DNA from: an uncultured bacterium | GTDB lineage: Bacteria; Armatimonadota; JACIXR01 | NCBI GenBank assembly: GCA_938041455.1 | Contig: CALITO010000021.1 | Location: 11,909 to 75,908, forward strand | DNA length: 64,000 nucleotides | Direction of reading: 5' to 3' | Shown: positions 1 to 8,106 of the stretch, one piece after another | How the letters are laid out: the number at the start of each line of letters is the position of its first letter | Numbering within the stretch: position 1 is the first letter of the stretch | Program-made: the position numbers and the translations under genes | The notes under the pieces: model-generated | The model's database searches: none | What the model saw: the letters and a program-made list of their open reading frames with translations, nothing else | Told to the model about the DNA's origin: nothing

Positions 1-809
1 GTGTCTCCATTGGCTATATTCGCATTCCTTATATCGTGAAGGAGCAAGTTCATCTTGCATATGGCGTAGATCTCCGGGTTCCTTTCTTGCCCAAACAAGA
101 ATAATCTTATCGCCTCTTCTTCCCCATATCTCTCAATTACATACAGATGCGAAAGTATTAACATACCGCCAGAACCACAGCAAGGATCATATACACTCTC
201 TCCGGGCTTTGGATCCAAAATCTCAACCATCAACTTTATAACTTCCCTCGGGGTATAGATTTCTCCTTCCTTCGCTCTCTCGGGTGCAAACTTCATTAAT
301 ATATGCTCATAGGCATCCCCAAGGATATCGGGAGAAACTTCTTCACCAGCCAGATCATACTTATTGAATAATTCAACAAGCTGTCTTAATAATTCCCTAT
401 TCTCTTGATTTCTCGCAAACACTTGAAAATCGACTCTATCAATAACCCCTTGCAATTCCTCATTTAATTTTGCAATTTCAGATATGGCAGTGGGGAGATT
501 TTGAGGTAAATCTTTTACATTTTTCGTCACCTCATCCCAAAGAAATTGTCTCGGAATATTAAAGGTGTGGTGAGTTTTTTCTTCAGCTTCCCTCTCAGCC
601 TCTTCCTCTGGTAGGCCAGCCTCTTTTATTAACCTCTCTTTTGCTTGCCGTTTTTCAACTTTCCATACATCGTTTAATCTCTTCAGGAAAAGCAGGACAA
701 GGATAAACTTGTAATCTACCGCTGTTCTTATCAAATCTGCAGCCTTGTCAATAAGGGAGTTCAACTCTTCACGAGTTACTCTTTGGGGAAACCAGAGTCC
801 CTGTGCCAT
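1..809 (-). CDS. hsdM: Type I restriction-modification methyltransferase (M subunit), 5' part; continues beyond the left edge
   Basis: Not in the ORF track. Manual translation from ATG at 809 gives MAQGLWFPQRVTREELNSLIDKAADLIRTAVDYKFILVLLFLKRLNDVW...DILGDAYEHILMKFA...GEIYTPREVIKLMVEILDPKPGESVYDPCCGSGGML...FGQERN..., i.e. the HsdM N-terminal domain plus N6-MTase motif I. SD-like AGGAAGGTGA upstream. Confidence 0.93.
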   Translation of the reverse strand, partial: MAQGLWFPQRVTREELNSLIDKAADLIRTAVDYKFILVLLFLKRLNDVWKVEKRQAKERLIKEAGLPEEEAEREAEEKTHHTFNIPRQFLWDEVTKNVKDLPQNLPTAISEIAKLNEELQGVIDRVDFQVFARNQENRELLRQLVELFNKYDLAGEEVSPDILGDAYEHILMKFAPERAKEGEIYTPREVIKLMVEILDPKPGESVYDPCCGSGGMLILSHLYVIERYGEEEAIRLFLFGQERNPEIYAICKMNLLLHDIRNANIANGD

Positions 810-840
810 TGTAAATTATCACCTTCCTCTACACAAAATA

Positions 841-869
841 ATCATAATTCTTTTTTAGATTTTTGTCAA
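841..869 (-). promoter_or_regulatory. sigma70-type promoter of hsdM
   Basis: TTGACA-N17-TATGAT on the minus strand. Confidence 0.65.
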
Positions 870-938
870 TTCTAACTTCAAACTATGAGATTATCTCCAC
901 ACAAAAGAGGACGCTATAGACTGGTAAAAAGTCCTTAT

Positions 939-967
939 TTGACTTTTTTTTGAAAGCATGTTATAGT
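939..967 (+). promoter_or_regulatory. sigma70-type promoter of ssrA
   Basis: TTGACT-N17-TATAGT with extended -10 TG, 15 nt before the mature tmRNA 5' end. Confidence 0.75.
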
Positions 968-982
968 TTTTAATAGCGAAGT

Positions 983-1331
983 GGGGGCGCGTGGTCTCGA
1001 CGGGGAGCGGAGGTTGCAAGTTGCGAGCCGAGGTCGCCGCAGACCTTGTAAAAAATGCGGCGAAAGATAAGTGCCAACCACTCTTACGCGCTCGCTGCTT
1101 AATTGAAGTAGCGACGTTCCCTCGCTCTTGCCGGGGGAGTGAGAGGGGCGCCATACACTCGGCTGCCTCACGGGCTCTGTCCTTGGGTTCGTGAGAAAGA
1201 GGAAAAGGGCTTGGCTTTAATCCATCCTGCCTTTGGGAGGGATTAAAGCGAGAGGAAAACAAAGGCTACGCTCGTAGAGGCTTGTGGCTGAGGCTCTTCG
1301 GACACGGGTTCAACTCCCGTCGCCTCCACCA
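983..1331 (+). ncRNA. ssrA: tmRNA (one-piece), tag reading frame ANHSYALAA-stop at 1073-1102
   Basis: 5' GGGGGCG pairs with 3' CGCCTCC-A-CCA, giving the G3:U alanine identity pair. Also 5' motif GGTCTCGACGGG, T-arm GACACGGGTTCAACTCCCG, and ATAAGT|GCC resume context with a YALAA-ending tag. Confidence 0.97.
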
Positions 1332-1362
1332 ACTCAAAAGGCTTTAGATACAATCCTTCCTG

Positions 1363-1388
1363 ATTTTTAAGTTATCCCCCTTAAAAAT
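1363..1388. terminator. AT-rich hairpin between the convergent tmRNA and tRNA operon, possibly a bidirectional terminator
   Basis: ATTTTTAAG-N8-CTTAAAAAT inverted repeat; weak stem. Confidence 0.3.
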
Positions 1389-1464
1389 TGGTGCCGAGGC
1401 CCAGAGTCGAACTGGGGACGCCAGGATTTTCAGTCCTGCGCTCTACCTCCTGAGCTACCTCGGC
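1389..1464 (-). tRNA. tRNA-Phe(GAA)
   Basis: Cloverleaf GCCGAGG...CTGAAAA...TTCGACT...CCTCGGC-A-CCA. Confidence 0.97.
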
Positions 1465-1470
1465 ACTTTC

Positions 1471-1548
1471 TGGCGGGGTCGACGGGACTTGAACCCGCGT
1501 CCTCTTGCTTGACAGGCAAGCGCGCTAACCGGACTGCGCCACGACCCC
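1471..1548 (-). tRNA. tRNA-Asp(GTC)
   Basis: GGGGTCG...CTGTCAA...TTCAAGT...CGACCCC-G-CCA. Confidence 0.97.
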
Positions 1549-1560
1549 TATTTTTAAAAA

Positions 1561-1636
1561 TGGTGGGCGAAGTAGGAGTTGAACCTACGACCTTCTCCTT
1601 GTAAGGGAGACGCTCTCCCACCTGAGCTATTCGCCC
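1561..1636 (-). tRNA. tRNA-Val(TAC)
   Basis: GGGCGAA...CTTACAA...TTCAACT...TTCGCCC-A-CCA. Confidence 0.97.
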
Positions 1637-1641
1637 TTCAA

Positions 1642-1718
1642 TGGTGCCCTCGGGGGGATTTGAACCCCCGCCGCAGGCTTGAAAGGCCTGTATCCTAACC
1701 TGGCTAGATGACGAGGGC
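1642..1718 (-). tRNA. tRNA-Glu(TTC)
   Basis: GCCCTCG...CTTTCAA...TTCAAAT...CGAGGGC-A-CCA. Confidence 0.96.
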
Positions 1719-1724
1719 ATTAAT

Positions 1725-1802
1725 TGGTGAGCCGTGCAGGAGTCGAACCCGCGACCCCCGGCTTAAAAGGCCGGTGCTCTACCACGGCTGAGCTAACGGC
1801 TC
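1725..1802 (-). tRNA. tRNA-Lys(TTT)
   Basis: GAGCCGT...CTTTTAA...TTCGACT...ACGGCTC-A-CCA. Confidence 0.97.
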
Positions 1803-1808
1803 ATTATA

Positions 1809-1837
1809 ACTATACACACTTTTAATTTTTTCGTCAA
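1809..1837 (-). promoter_or_regulatory. sigma70-type promoter of the tRNA operon (Lys-Glu-Val-Asp-Phe)
   Basis: TTGACG-N17-TATAGT immediately upstream of tRNA-Lys. Confidence 0.75.
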
Positions 1838-1853
1838 ATAGAGGGGCTTGTCT

Positions 1854-3242
1854 TTATTCGCTGCTTGCGCTGGTAATCCTTTGTCTCTTTGCTTCAAGCC
1901 AAGCTTTATATGCCTCCATAATGGGGCGGGTGGTCTCCTCCATCTTTTGGGAATATTCCTCCAAGAAATCCTTCAAATCGGTGAAAAGGCTTTCCGCTCC
2001 GGGATGGGTTGGATGGGCTCCCCCTTCCTCAGCAGATTCCCTCAAGACCCAGGGATTATCAACTATCATACAGGGCTTGAAGTAGTTATCAGTCCAGGGG
2101 AAGCGCCTTCTTATCGCCTTGAAGAAAGGGGAGTTGAGACATTCAAAGAGGGGTTTTTCCTTCACATTATCCACGGCGAAATGGGAGAAGACGCAAGGTT
2201 CTACCTCCCCCTTGTTGTTTATGTGGGCATAAAGTCTCCCTCCAGCCATACAACCCGAGGTCAAATGCCCGTCATTCCAAAAATCCGCTACAAATATGGG
2301 CTTGGTGTCCCGTATTTTCCATATCCTTTCCCGAACATATTGTCTCTGTTCGGGCGTCACCATAAGGGATATATCGGGGGCCTTCCCCACCGGCACATAC
2401 ATAAAATACCAGCCGAAGAAACAACCCCTATCTATCAGGAAATCAATGAATTCCTCACTTGATACCACTTGATAATTGAGGCTTGTATAGGTAGCGGAGA
2501 AACCGAAGAAAACCCCCTCCCTTTTGAGGTTGTCCATCGCTTGCAAAACTTTTTCATATATTCCCTTACCCCTTCGGTAATCCGTCTCATCTCGGTAGCC
2601 CTCTATGCTGATGGCGGGGGCAACATTCCCCAATTTACCAAGGTTCTTTGCTAATTCTTCATCTATAAGGGTTCCGTTCGTATAAACGAGGAAGGATGCA
2701 TCGTTATGCTTTCTGAAGATGTCAAGCAACCCCTCGTAAATAAAGGGTTCACCTCCCGAGATTGTGAAGAAGTATGTTCCCATCTCCTTAGCTTCGCTCA
2801 ACACCCTATCAAACACCTCGAATGGCAAGTCGCTCTCCTTCTTGTAAGAGCCAGCATAGCAACCGATACAGTTTAGGTTGCAACGCATTGTGGGACTTAT
2901 TACTATGAGGAAAGGTGCAGCCAGTCCCTGTGCCTCCAATTCTTTTCTCCGGGATAGAGTGAAGTAGACCGCATTTAGTCCCAGGTTATTGAAAAGCTTT
3001 TGGCGAACAGTGGGGTTGGTATCTCGTAGGACGCGGCGAGCGAATTCAATAGCGGGATGGCGCTTCTCAAAGAGTGCGCGAAGCTCTCGCAATTGCAATT
3101 TATGATAATCGTGCCTCGCTATTCTCTCCAAGATATAGGTGAGACGGATGAGGTTATCGTCGGATGTGCGATTGAGAAGGGGAACAAGGAGCTTCATCGC
3201 CTGATTGGCAGCGATTCTGAGAGCGCTCCTCTTCAAGGACAT
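1854..3242 (-). CDS. Radical SAM protein with helical N-terminal extension and twitch/partial SPASM domain; resembles the membrane-spanning lipid synthase (Mss) family
   Basis: ISPTMRCNLNCIGCYAG (CxxxCxxC), SGGEP, YTNGT, DFWNDG, GCMAGGRLYAHINNKGEVEPCVF...PCMIVD. SD AGGAGG. The radical SAM call is secure; the Mss likeness is recalled, not computed. Confidence 0.85.
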   Translation of the reverse strand: MSLKRSALRIAANQAMKLLVPLLNRTSDDNLIRLTYILERIARHDYHKLQLRELRALFEKRHPAIEFARRVLRDTNPTVRQKLFNNLGLNAVYFTLSRRKELEAQGLAAPFLIVISPTMRCNLNCIGCYAGSYKKESDLPFEVFDRVLSEAKEMGTYFFTISGGEPFIYEGLLDIFRKHNDASFLVYTNGTLIDEELAKNLGKLGNVAPAISIEGYRDETDYRRGKGIYEKVLQAMDNLKREGVFFGFSATYTSLNYQVVSSEEFIDFLIDRGCFFGWYFMYVPVGKAPDISLMVTPEQRQYVRERIWKIRDTKPIFVADFWNDGHLTSGCMAGGRLYAHINNKGEVEPCVFSHFAVDNVKEKPLFECLNSPFFKAIRRRFPWTDNYFKPCMIVDNPWVLRESAEEGGAHPTHPGAESLFTDLKDFLEEYSQKMEETTRPIMEAYKAWLEAKRQRITSASSE

Positions 3243-3245
3243 CTT

Positions 3246-4721
3246 TCAAGCCCTCCTTTCGGTGAAGGTATAAATCTCGGGATGACTTCTTTGAAACTCC
3301 TCAAAGTATTCCTCGTTTTTCACACAGCCCGGGTCGGGACCCATTGGGTCTCCGAAGTAGGCGAGTGCCCTTGCTCGGCATCCCCCGCAGGCCCTGTTGT
3401 ATTCGCAAGTTCCACAGGCTCCCCATAGCGCCTTTCTATCTCTTAACTTGTTCAGGAAGGGATGATTTTGCCAAACATCAATAATTCTGTCTGTTCTAAC
3501 GTGCCCCAAGTGGACATCGGGCATATAGACGCAGGGGGTGATGGTGCCATCGGGCTGAACCGCCATATAAGCTCTGGCAACTCCACACCCACCTATCAGT
3601 TCCGCAAGGAGGGAAAGGTCTTTCGCCTTTCCTGTGCCCAGATGAGCAATCGGCGCGAACTCGGGCTTGTCCTTCTCCATACAAAATCTACCCAACTGGG
3701 GAGCGGTGGTGCAGAGGGAACCCCCTTCCAAAAGGAATTCATACATTTGCTTGAGGATTGATTCCTTCTCAGCGGGCGTTAGGTCGCTGTTCCAAATCTC
3801 CTTGCCCCGCCCTGTTGGTATGAAGTTGTAGACCATAACCTTATAAACTCCCAAATTCTTGCCTAACTCCAGGATGTCCTGGAATTCATCGTAGTTATAT
3901 TTGGTGACGGTGACGGAGAGGATGGCATTTCCTCCCGCTTCTATAACATTCTTTATGCCTTGTATGGACCTTTCCCATGCCCCTTTTACCCCTCGGAAAA
4001 AGTCGTGTTTTTCGGGGTTGGCGCTATCAATACTAACTGCTACATAGGCGAAGTCATATTCTTTCAAGCGTTTGGCTACATCCGGGCTTATAAGCACGCC
4101 ATTCGTATTCATAGAGAGATAAAGCCCTTTCTCCCTTGCTTTTTCCACCACATCCCAGAAGTCCCTGCAGAGAAGCGGTTCCCCTCCCGAGAAGGAGAGG
4201 GTAGGGATATAGGAATCGGCAATTTCTTCTACCAACCTTATTTTTTCTTCTTTTGAAAGTTCGCCCATTCCTAATTCCTTGGGGCGAAGGGTTCCGGCGT
4301 TTTCATAGCAGTGTTTACAACGTAGGTTACAGGTGTAGGTTATATTCCATACTACCATAAGAGGGGCATAGAAGGTCATCGGCAAATTCAGGCCATAAGT
4401 CTGCACACTGTATGCTGCGTTGAGAATAGTTCGTCTTATATTGGGATGAGCCATAAATTGGGGGAGTCGTTCTTTGGGGATACCGATAGCCCTCGCTACG
4501 GTGTTAACCATAGCGTATATTGGACGCTCGAGGAATCTTCGAGGTTTCTCGTCTTTTGCTATCCTATCCATAAGTTCCTCAAGGCGAGTCTTTCCCCCAT
4601 CGGCAGAGGTAAGGAGATAATTGAGTGTCCTCTTGGTCAGGGGATTGGTGAAAAGGAGCCGCAATTTCATATAATCGGTTTTTGCCTTTATGTGGCTCCG
4701 TTTCATTACCAATAATCCCAT
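3246..4721 (-). CDS. Radical SAM/SPASM protein with ~115-aa N-terminal extension; resembles the archaeal GMGT synthase (Gms)-like family
   Basis: APLMVVWNITYTCNLRCKHCY, FSGGEP, TTAPQ, LAELIGGCGVARAYMAVQPDGTITPC, and full SPASM CGTCEYNRACGGCRARA...DPGC. SD GGAGG. The radical SAM/SPASM call is secure; the subfamily is recalled. Confidence 0.85.
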   Translation of the reverse strand: MGLLVMKRSHIKAKTDYMKLRLLFTNPLTKRTLNYLLTSADGGKTRLEELMDRIAKDEKPRRFLERPIYAMVNTVARAIGIPKERLPQFMAHPNIRRTILNAAYSVQTYGLNLPMTFYAPLMVVWNITYTCNLRCKHCYENAGTLRPKELGMGELSKEEKIRLVEEIADSYIPTLSFSGGEPLLCRDFWDVVEKAREKGLYLSMNTNGVLISPDVAKRLKEYDFAYVAVSIDSANPEKHDFFRGVKGAWERSIQGIKNVIEAGGNAILSVTVTKYNYDEFQDILELGKNLGVYKVMVYNFIPTGRGKEIWNSDLTPAEKESILKQMYEFLLEGGSLCTTAPQLGRFCMEKDKPEFAPIAHLGTGKAKDLSLLAELIGGCGVARAYMAVQPDGTITPCVYMPDVHLGHVRTDRIIDVWQNHPFLNKLRDRKALWGACGTCEYNRACGGCRARALAYFGDPMGPDPGCVKNEEYFEEFQRSHPEIYTFTERRA

Positions 4722-4740
4722 CTCTCAAACACCTCCTATT

Positions 4741-5367
4741 CTATTTCAAGCCTTTCAGTTCTTCCCTAAGGATGGAGGCGATCAATTCCTTCTGGGCTTT
4801 GCTTAGACGGGAGAGGGCTTGTTGGCAGGTCCGCACTATTTTATGTAAGCGTCCCTCCCCATCCCCTGCCATAACCGCCCCACTGATAAGGGGGAGGTCT
4901 TCACCACCTCTCAAAGATCTCCTTATTCGGGAATAAAGGGAAGAGGAACGCTTTTTTAATTCCAGAAGGAGCATGGTCAGACTGCGTGCAGTTCGAGTAA
5001 GGGGGGTGGTAGCAGTGGCTATCCTCTCCCTAAGGGAAGATATAGTAGAGCTCAAATCCTTCCTGGCAGATTGAAAGTAGTGGGAAAGTTCTTCCCTCAA
5101 AGTTTCTAAATAACCCTCCCCTTTAATTGTCTCCTCTCCTTGAGGAGATAGGCTGAAGCGGAGGGAGGGGCGTCCGCCCAATTTCCCTTCGCTTCTTCTC
5201 AGTTCGGACAAAACATAACCTTCTTCCTCCAGCTGAATAAGTAATTCATAAGCTGACCACTTGCTTATACCGAGCTGGAGGGCAAGTTCCTCATAACCTA
5301 TAGGACCTTTTTCCTCGGTTAGCTTGTGTAAGGCTTTCAGCGCCTCTCTCCTTCTTCTCGTCAGCAT
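4741..5367 (-). CDS. Winged-helix transcriptional regulator, first gene of the radical SAM operon
   Basis: MLTRRRREALKAL...YEELALQLGISKWSAYELLIQLEEEGYV...GRPSLRF (wHTH plus wing), followed by a helical C-terminal domain. Confidence 0.8.
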   Translation of the reverse strand: MLTRRRREALKALHKLTEEKGPIGYEELALQLGISKWSAYELLIQLEEEGYVLSELRRSEGKLGGRPSLRFSLSPQGEETIKGEGYLETLREELSHYFQSARKDLSSTISSLRERIATATTPLTRTARSLTMLLLELKKRSSSLYSRIRRSLRGGEDLPLISGAVMAGDGEGRLHKIVRTCQQALSRLSKAQKELIASILREELKGLK

Positions 5368-5401
5368 TCTCCATCGACTCCGAATGAATAATCACTTATT
5401 A

Positions 5402-5430
5402 ATTATATAAAGGTTTAAAAAACTCGTCAA
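5402..5430 (-). promoter_or_regulatory. Near-consensus sigma70 promoter of the regulator-rSAM-rSAM operon
   Basis: TTGACG-N17-TATAAT, with TTTTTGG direct repeats just upstream of the -35. Confidence 0.75.
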
Positions 5431-5505
5431 CAAATTTTTCCAAAAATACCAAAAACCTTCTAACAAGTGAAATTAAAGGAGATAAGGGTGTGGGAATGGA
5501 AGTGG

Positions 5506-8106
5506 CTATCTCTTTTCAGTGGATAATTTATCTTGGAGTTCTTTCAGTTTATTAAGGGCTTCTATAGGCGTCAGGTTGGACAAATCAAGGCTTTTCAGTT
5601 CCTCCAGAACGGGGTGAGGCTCCAGTTCGAAAAGGGAAAGTTGCAATCTCTGGCGTTTGGTGGGAATCCTTTTATAAGAAGGTTGCTCCTCCCTTTCCAA
5701 CTCCTCTAAAATTTCCCTCGCCCGCTCCAACACTTCCTTAGGGACCCCAGCCAGACTGGCTACCTGGATACCATAAGACCTATCGGTTGCCCCGGGTCGT
5801 ATCTTGTAAAGGAAAATGATATTGCCTCCTTCCTCCTTGACATCCGCCCTTAAGTTCCTTACCCCCTCGTATTCCTTGGCCAATTTGTTCAGACGATGAT
5901 AGTGTGTAGCAAAGAGTGTGCGTGCTCCGATGCTATTGCTGAGGATATACTCCGCCACTGCCCAGGCGATGGATAACCCATCAAAAGTGGATGTTCCTCT
6001 TCCAATCTCGTCCAGCACGATCAGGCTCCTGCTCGTTGCGTTATTGAGGATATTGGCGACCTCGTTCATCTCCACCATAAAAGTGGATTGTCCCGAGGAG
6101 AGGTCATCCCTTGCCCCAATGCGGGTGAATATCCTATCCACGATGCCAATTTTCGCGTATTTCGCTGGGACAAATGAACCCACCTGCGCCATTAGAACTA
6201 TGAGGGCTACCTGACGGAGGTAAGTGGATTTGCCCGCCATATTGGGGCCGGTGATGATTAAAAGGCGTTTATCTCGGCAGTTCAGTTCCACATCGTTGGG
6301 CACGAACCTTCCCTCTTCCATAAAGCGTTCCACCACAGGGTGTCTTCCCTCTTTTATGACGATTTCATCGCTTTCATCTATAATAGGTCTATTGTAGTTA
6401 TAGCGAGCGGCGACCTCGGCCAAGGATTGTAATGCATCTAATTCAGCGACCGCTCTTGCCACCCCTAAAATCTCCTCAGCCCGCCTCATCACTTCCTCCC
6501 TCAGGGAAATGAAGAGCTCGTATTCCAACTCCCCCATCCTTTCCTCCGCTCCTAAAACTTTTGCCTCTAATTCCTTCAAAGGTTCCGTTATGAATCTCTC
6601 CGCATTGACGAGCGTTTGCTTCCTTATGTAATCCTTGGGAACGAGGTGGAGATTGGGCTTCGTCACCTCAATATAATAGCCGAAAACGGCATTATAGCCT
6701 ATCTTTAGGGATTTGATGCCCGTGCGGAGACGTTCCTGGTTCTCCATCTTCGCTATCCATTCCTTGCCCTGGGAAGCTGCCTCCCGCAACTCGTCCAATT
6801 CCTTACTGAAGCCCTCTTTTATTATGCCTCCCTCTCTCAAAGTAGCGGGAGCATCTTCCCTGAGAGCCCTATCTAGAAGAGAATAAAGGTCTGGAAGAGG
6901 GTTGAGCCTCTCCTTGATCTCCTCCAGCAGTTGGCTTTTCATAGCCTCCAGATGGGGTGAAATAGCCGATATACTTCCCAATGCCCTCTTCAAGATCAGC
7001 AAGTCCTTAGGGGAAGCAACGCCGGTTGCGCATCTCCCCACTATCCTTTCCATATCACCTATTGATTTCAAGCCCTCCCTCAACCAAGCCCTTATCCTTC
7101 CCTGATGGTAAAGTTCCTCAACTGCGTCCAGCCTGCTCTCTATCTCCGTCTTTAAGAGAAGCGGCTGTTCAACCCATTTTCTCAAGAGCCTGCTACCCAT
7201 AGGGGTGAGGGTTGAATCCAGGATACCTAACAGACTCCTTTCCCTTGAGCCTTCAAAGGATTCCGTCACCTCCAAGGTTCGTCTTGCTATCCCATCCACC
7301 ATCATAAACTGCTGGGGGAAGTAAAGGGATATGGTGTTGATATGGCGAAGGGAGGAAAGGTGTGTCTTCCTTAAATAGAAAAGAATCATAGCGCAGGCTT
7401 CCTGAACAAGGGGATATTCTTCCACACCGAAACCACGAAGGGAAGAAACCTGAAAATGCTCCAAAAGGATTTGGCGGGGGGATTGGAGTATGAAGGGATC
7501 TTCCTCCAAGTAAGTAACGGTTGTCCCGGAGGGCACTCTGCTCGCCAATTCTTCCTCCTCAGGGAGGAGCAGGAGTTCTGCGGGGGAAATTCTCTGTAAT
7601 TCTTCCCAGAGGAATCTTTGTCCCTTTATATTCGTTCCCACAAGTTCTCCCGTGGAGACATCGGTGATAGCAAGCCCGAATTCGTCCTCCTCCCTCGCTA
7701 TAGCGGCGAGGAAACTGCTCCTCCTCGCTTCCAGCATAGTCTCTTCCACTACTGTCCCCGGCGTCACTATTCTGGTGACCGCCCTTTTCACCAATCCCTT
7801 TGCCTTTGCTGGGTCCTCCATCTGCTCACATATAGCGACTTTATGCCCCCGAGAAAGGAGACGGGCTATATATCTTTCCACTGCGTGATAGGGAACACCA
7901 CACATAGGTATGCGTTTGCCCTTTCCCGCTTCCCGGGAGGTCAAAACGAGGTCCAATTCACGGGAGGCTATCTCGGCATCCTTCCCGAACATCTCATAAA
8001 AATCACCAAGACGAAACATCAGAATGACATCGGGATACTGGGACTTTATTGAATGATACTGCCTGAAAAGAGGGGTTAAACTATCCTTTTCCTTCTCTTT
8101 CTTCAT
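5506..8106 (-). CDS. mutS: DNA mismatch repair protein MutS
   Basis: TPLFRQY, GDFYEMF, GPNMAGKST, STFMVEM, DEIGRGTST, SYGIQVA. Confidence 0.98.
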   Translation of the reverse strand: MKKEKEKDSLTPLFRQYHSIKSQYPDVILMFRLGDFYEMFGKDAEIASRELDLVLTSREAGKGKRIPMCGVPYHAVERYIARLLSRGHKVAICEQMEDPAKAKGLVKRAVTRIVTPGTVVEETMLEARRSSFLAAIAREEDEFGLAITDVSTGELVGTNIKGQRFLWEELQRISPAELLLLPEEEELASRVPSGTTVTYLEEDPFILQSPRQILLEHFQVSSLRGFGVEEYPLVQEACAMILFYLRKTHLSSLRHINTISLYFPQQFMMVDGIARRTLEVTESFEGSRERSLLGILDSTLTPMGSRLLRKWVEQPLLLKTEIESRLDAVEELYHQGRIRAWLREGLKSIGDMERIVGRCATGVASPKDLLILKRALGSISAISPHLEAMKSQLLEEIKERLNPLPDLYSLLDRALREDAPATLREGGIIKEGFSKELDELREAASQGKEWIAKMENQERLRTGIKSLKIGYNAVFGYYIEVTKPNLHLVPKDYIRKQTLVNAERFITEPLKELEAKVLGAEERMGELEYELFISLREEVMRRAEEILGVARAVAELDALQSLAEVAARYNYNRPIIDESDEIVIKEGRHPVVERFMEEGRFVPNDVELNCRDKRLLIITGPNMAGKSTYLRQVALIVLMAQVGSFVPAKYAKIGIVDRIFTRIGARDDLSSGQSTFMVEMNEVANILNNATSRSLIVLDEIGRGTSTFDGLSIAWAVAEYILSNSIGARTLFATHYHRLNKLAKEYEGVRNLRADVKEEGGNIIFLYKIRPGATDRSYGIQVASLAGVPKEVLERAREILEELEREEQPSYKRIPTKRQRLQLSLFELEPHPVLEELKSLDLSNLTPIEALNKLKELQDKLSTEKR

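Noticed and set aside
891-1720. ORF-track proteins at 891-1262, 935-1171, 991-1194 and 1430-1720
   Set aside because: They overlap tmRNA and tRNAs and are shadow ORFs.
3246-4721. AhbC/AhbD/NirJ heme-biosynthesis annotation
   Set aside because: There are no ahbAB, hem or nir neighbours, and the long N-terminal extension is atypical. Disfavoured, but not formally excluded without a tree.
1854-5505. RiPP (ranthipeptide/sactipeptide/mycofactocin-type) interpretation of the two radical SAM genes
   Set aside because: The intergenic gaps (3 and 19 bp) and the short leader leave no room for a precursor peptide, and no RRE/PqqD, peptidase or exporter is nearby. A distant precursor cannot be excluded.
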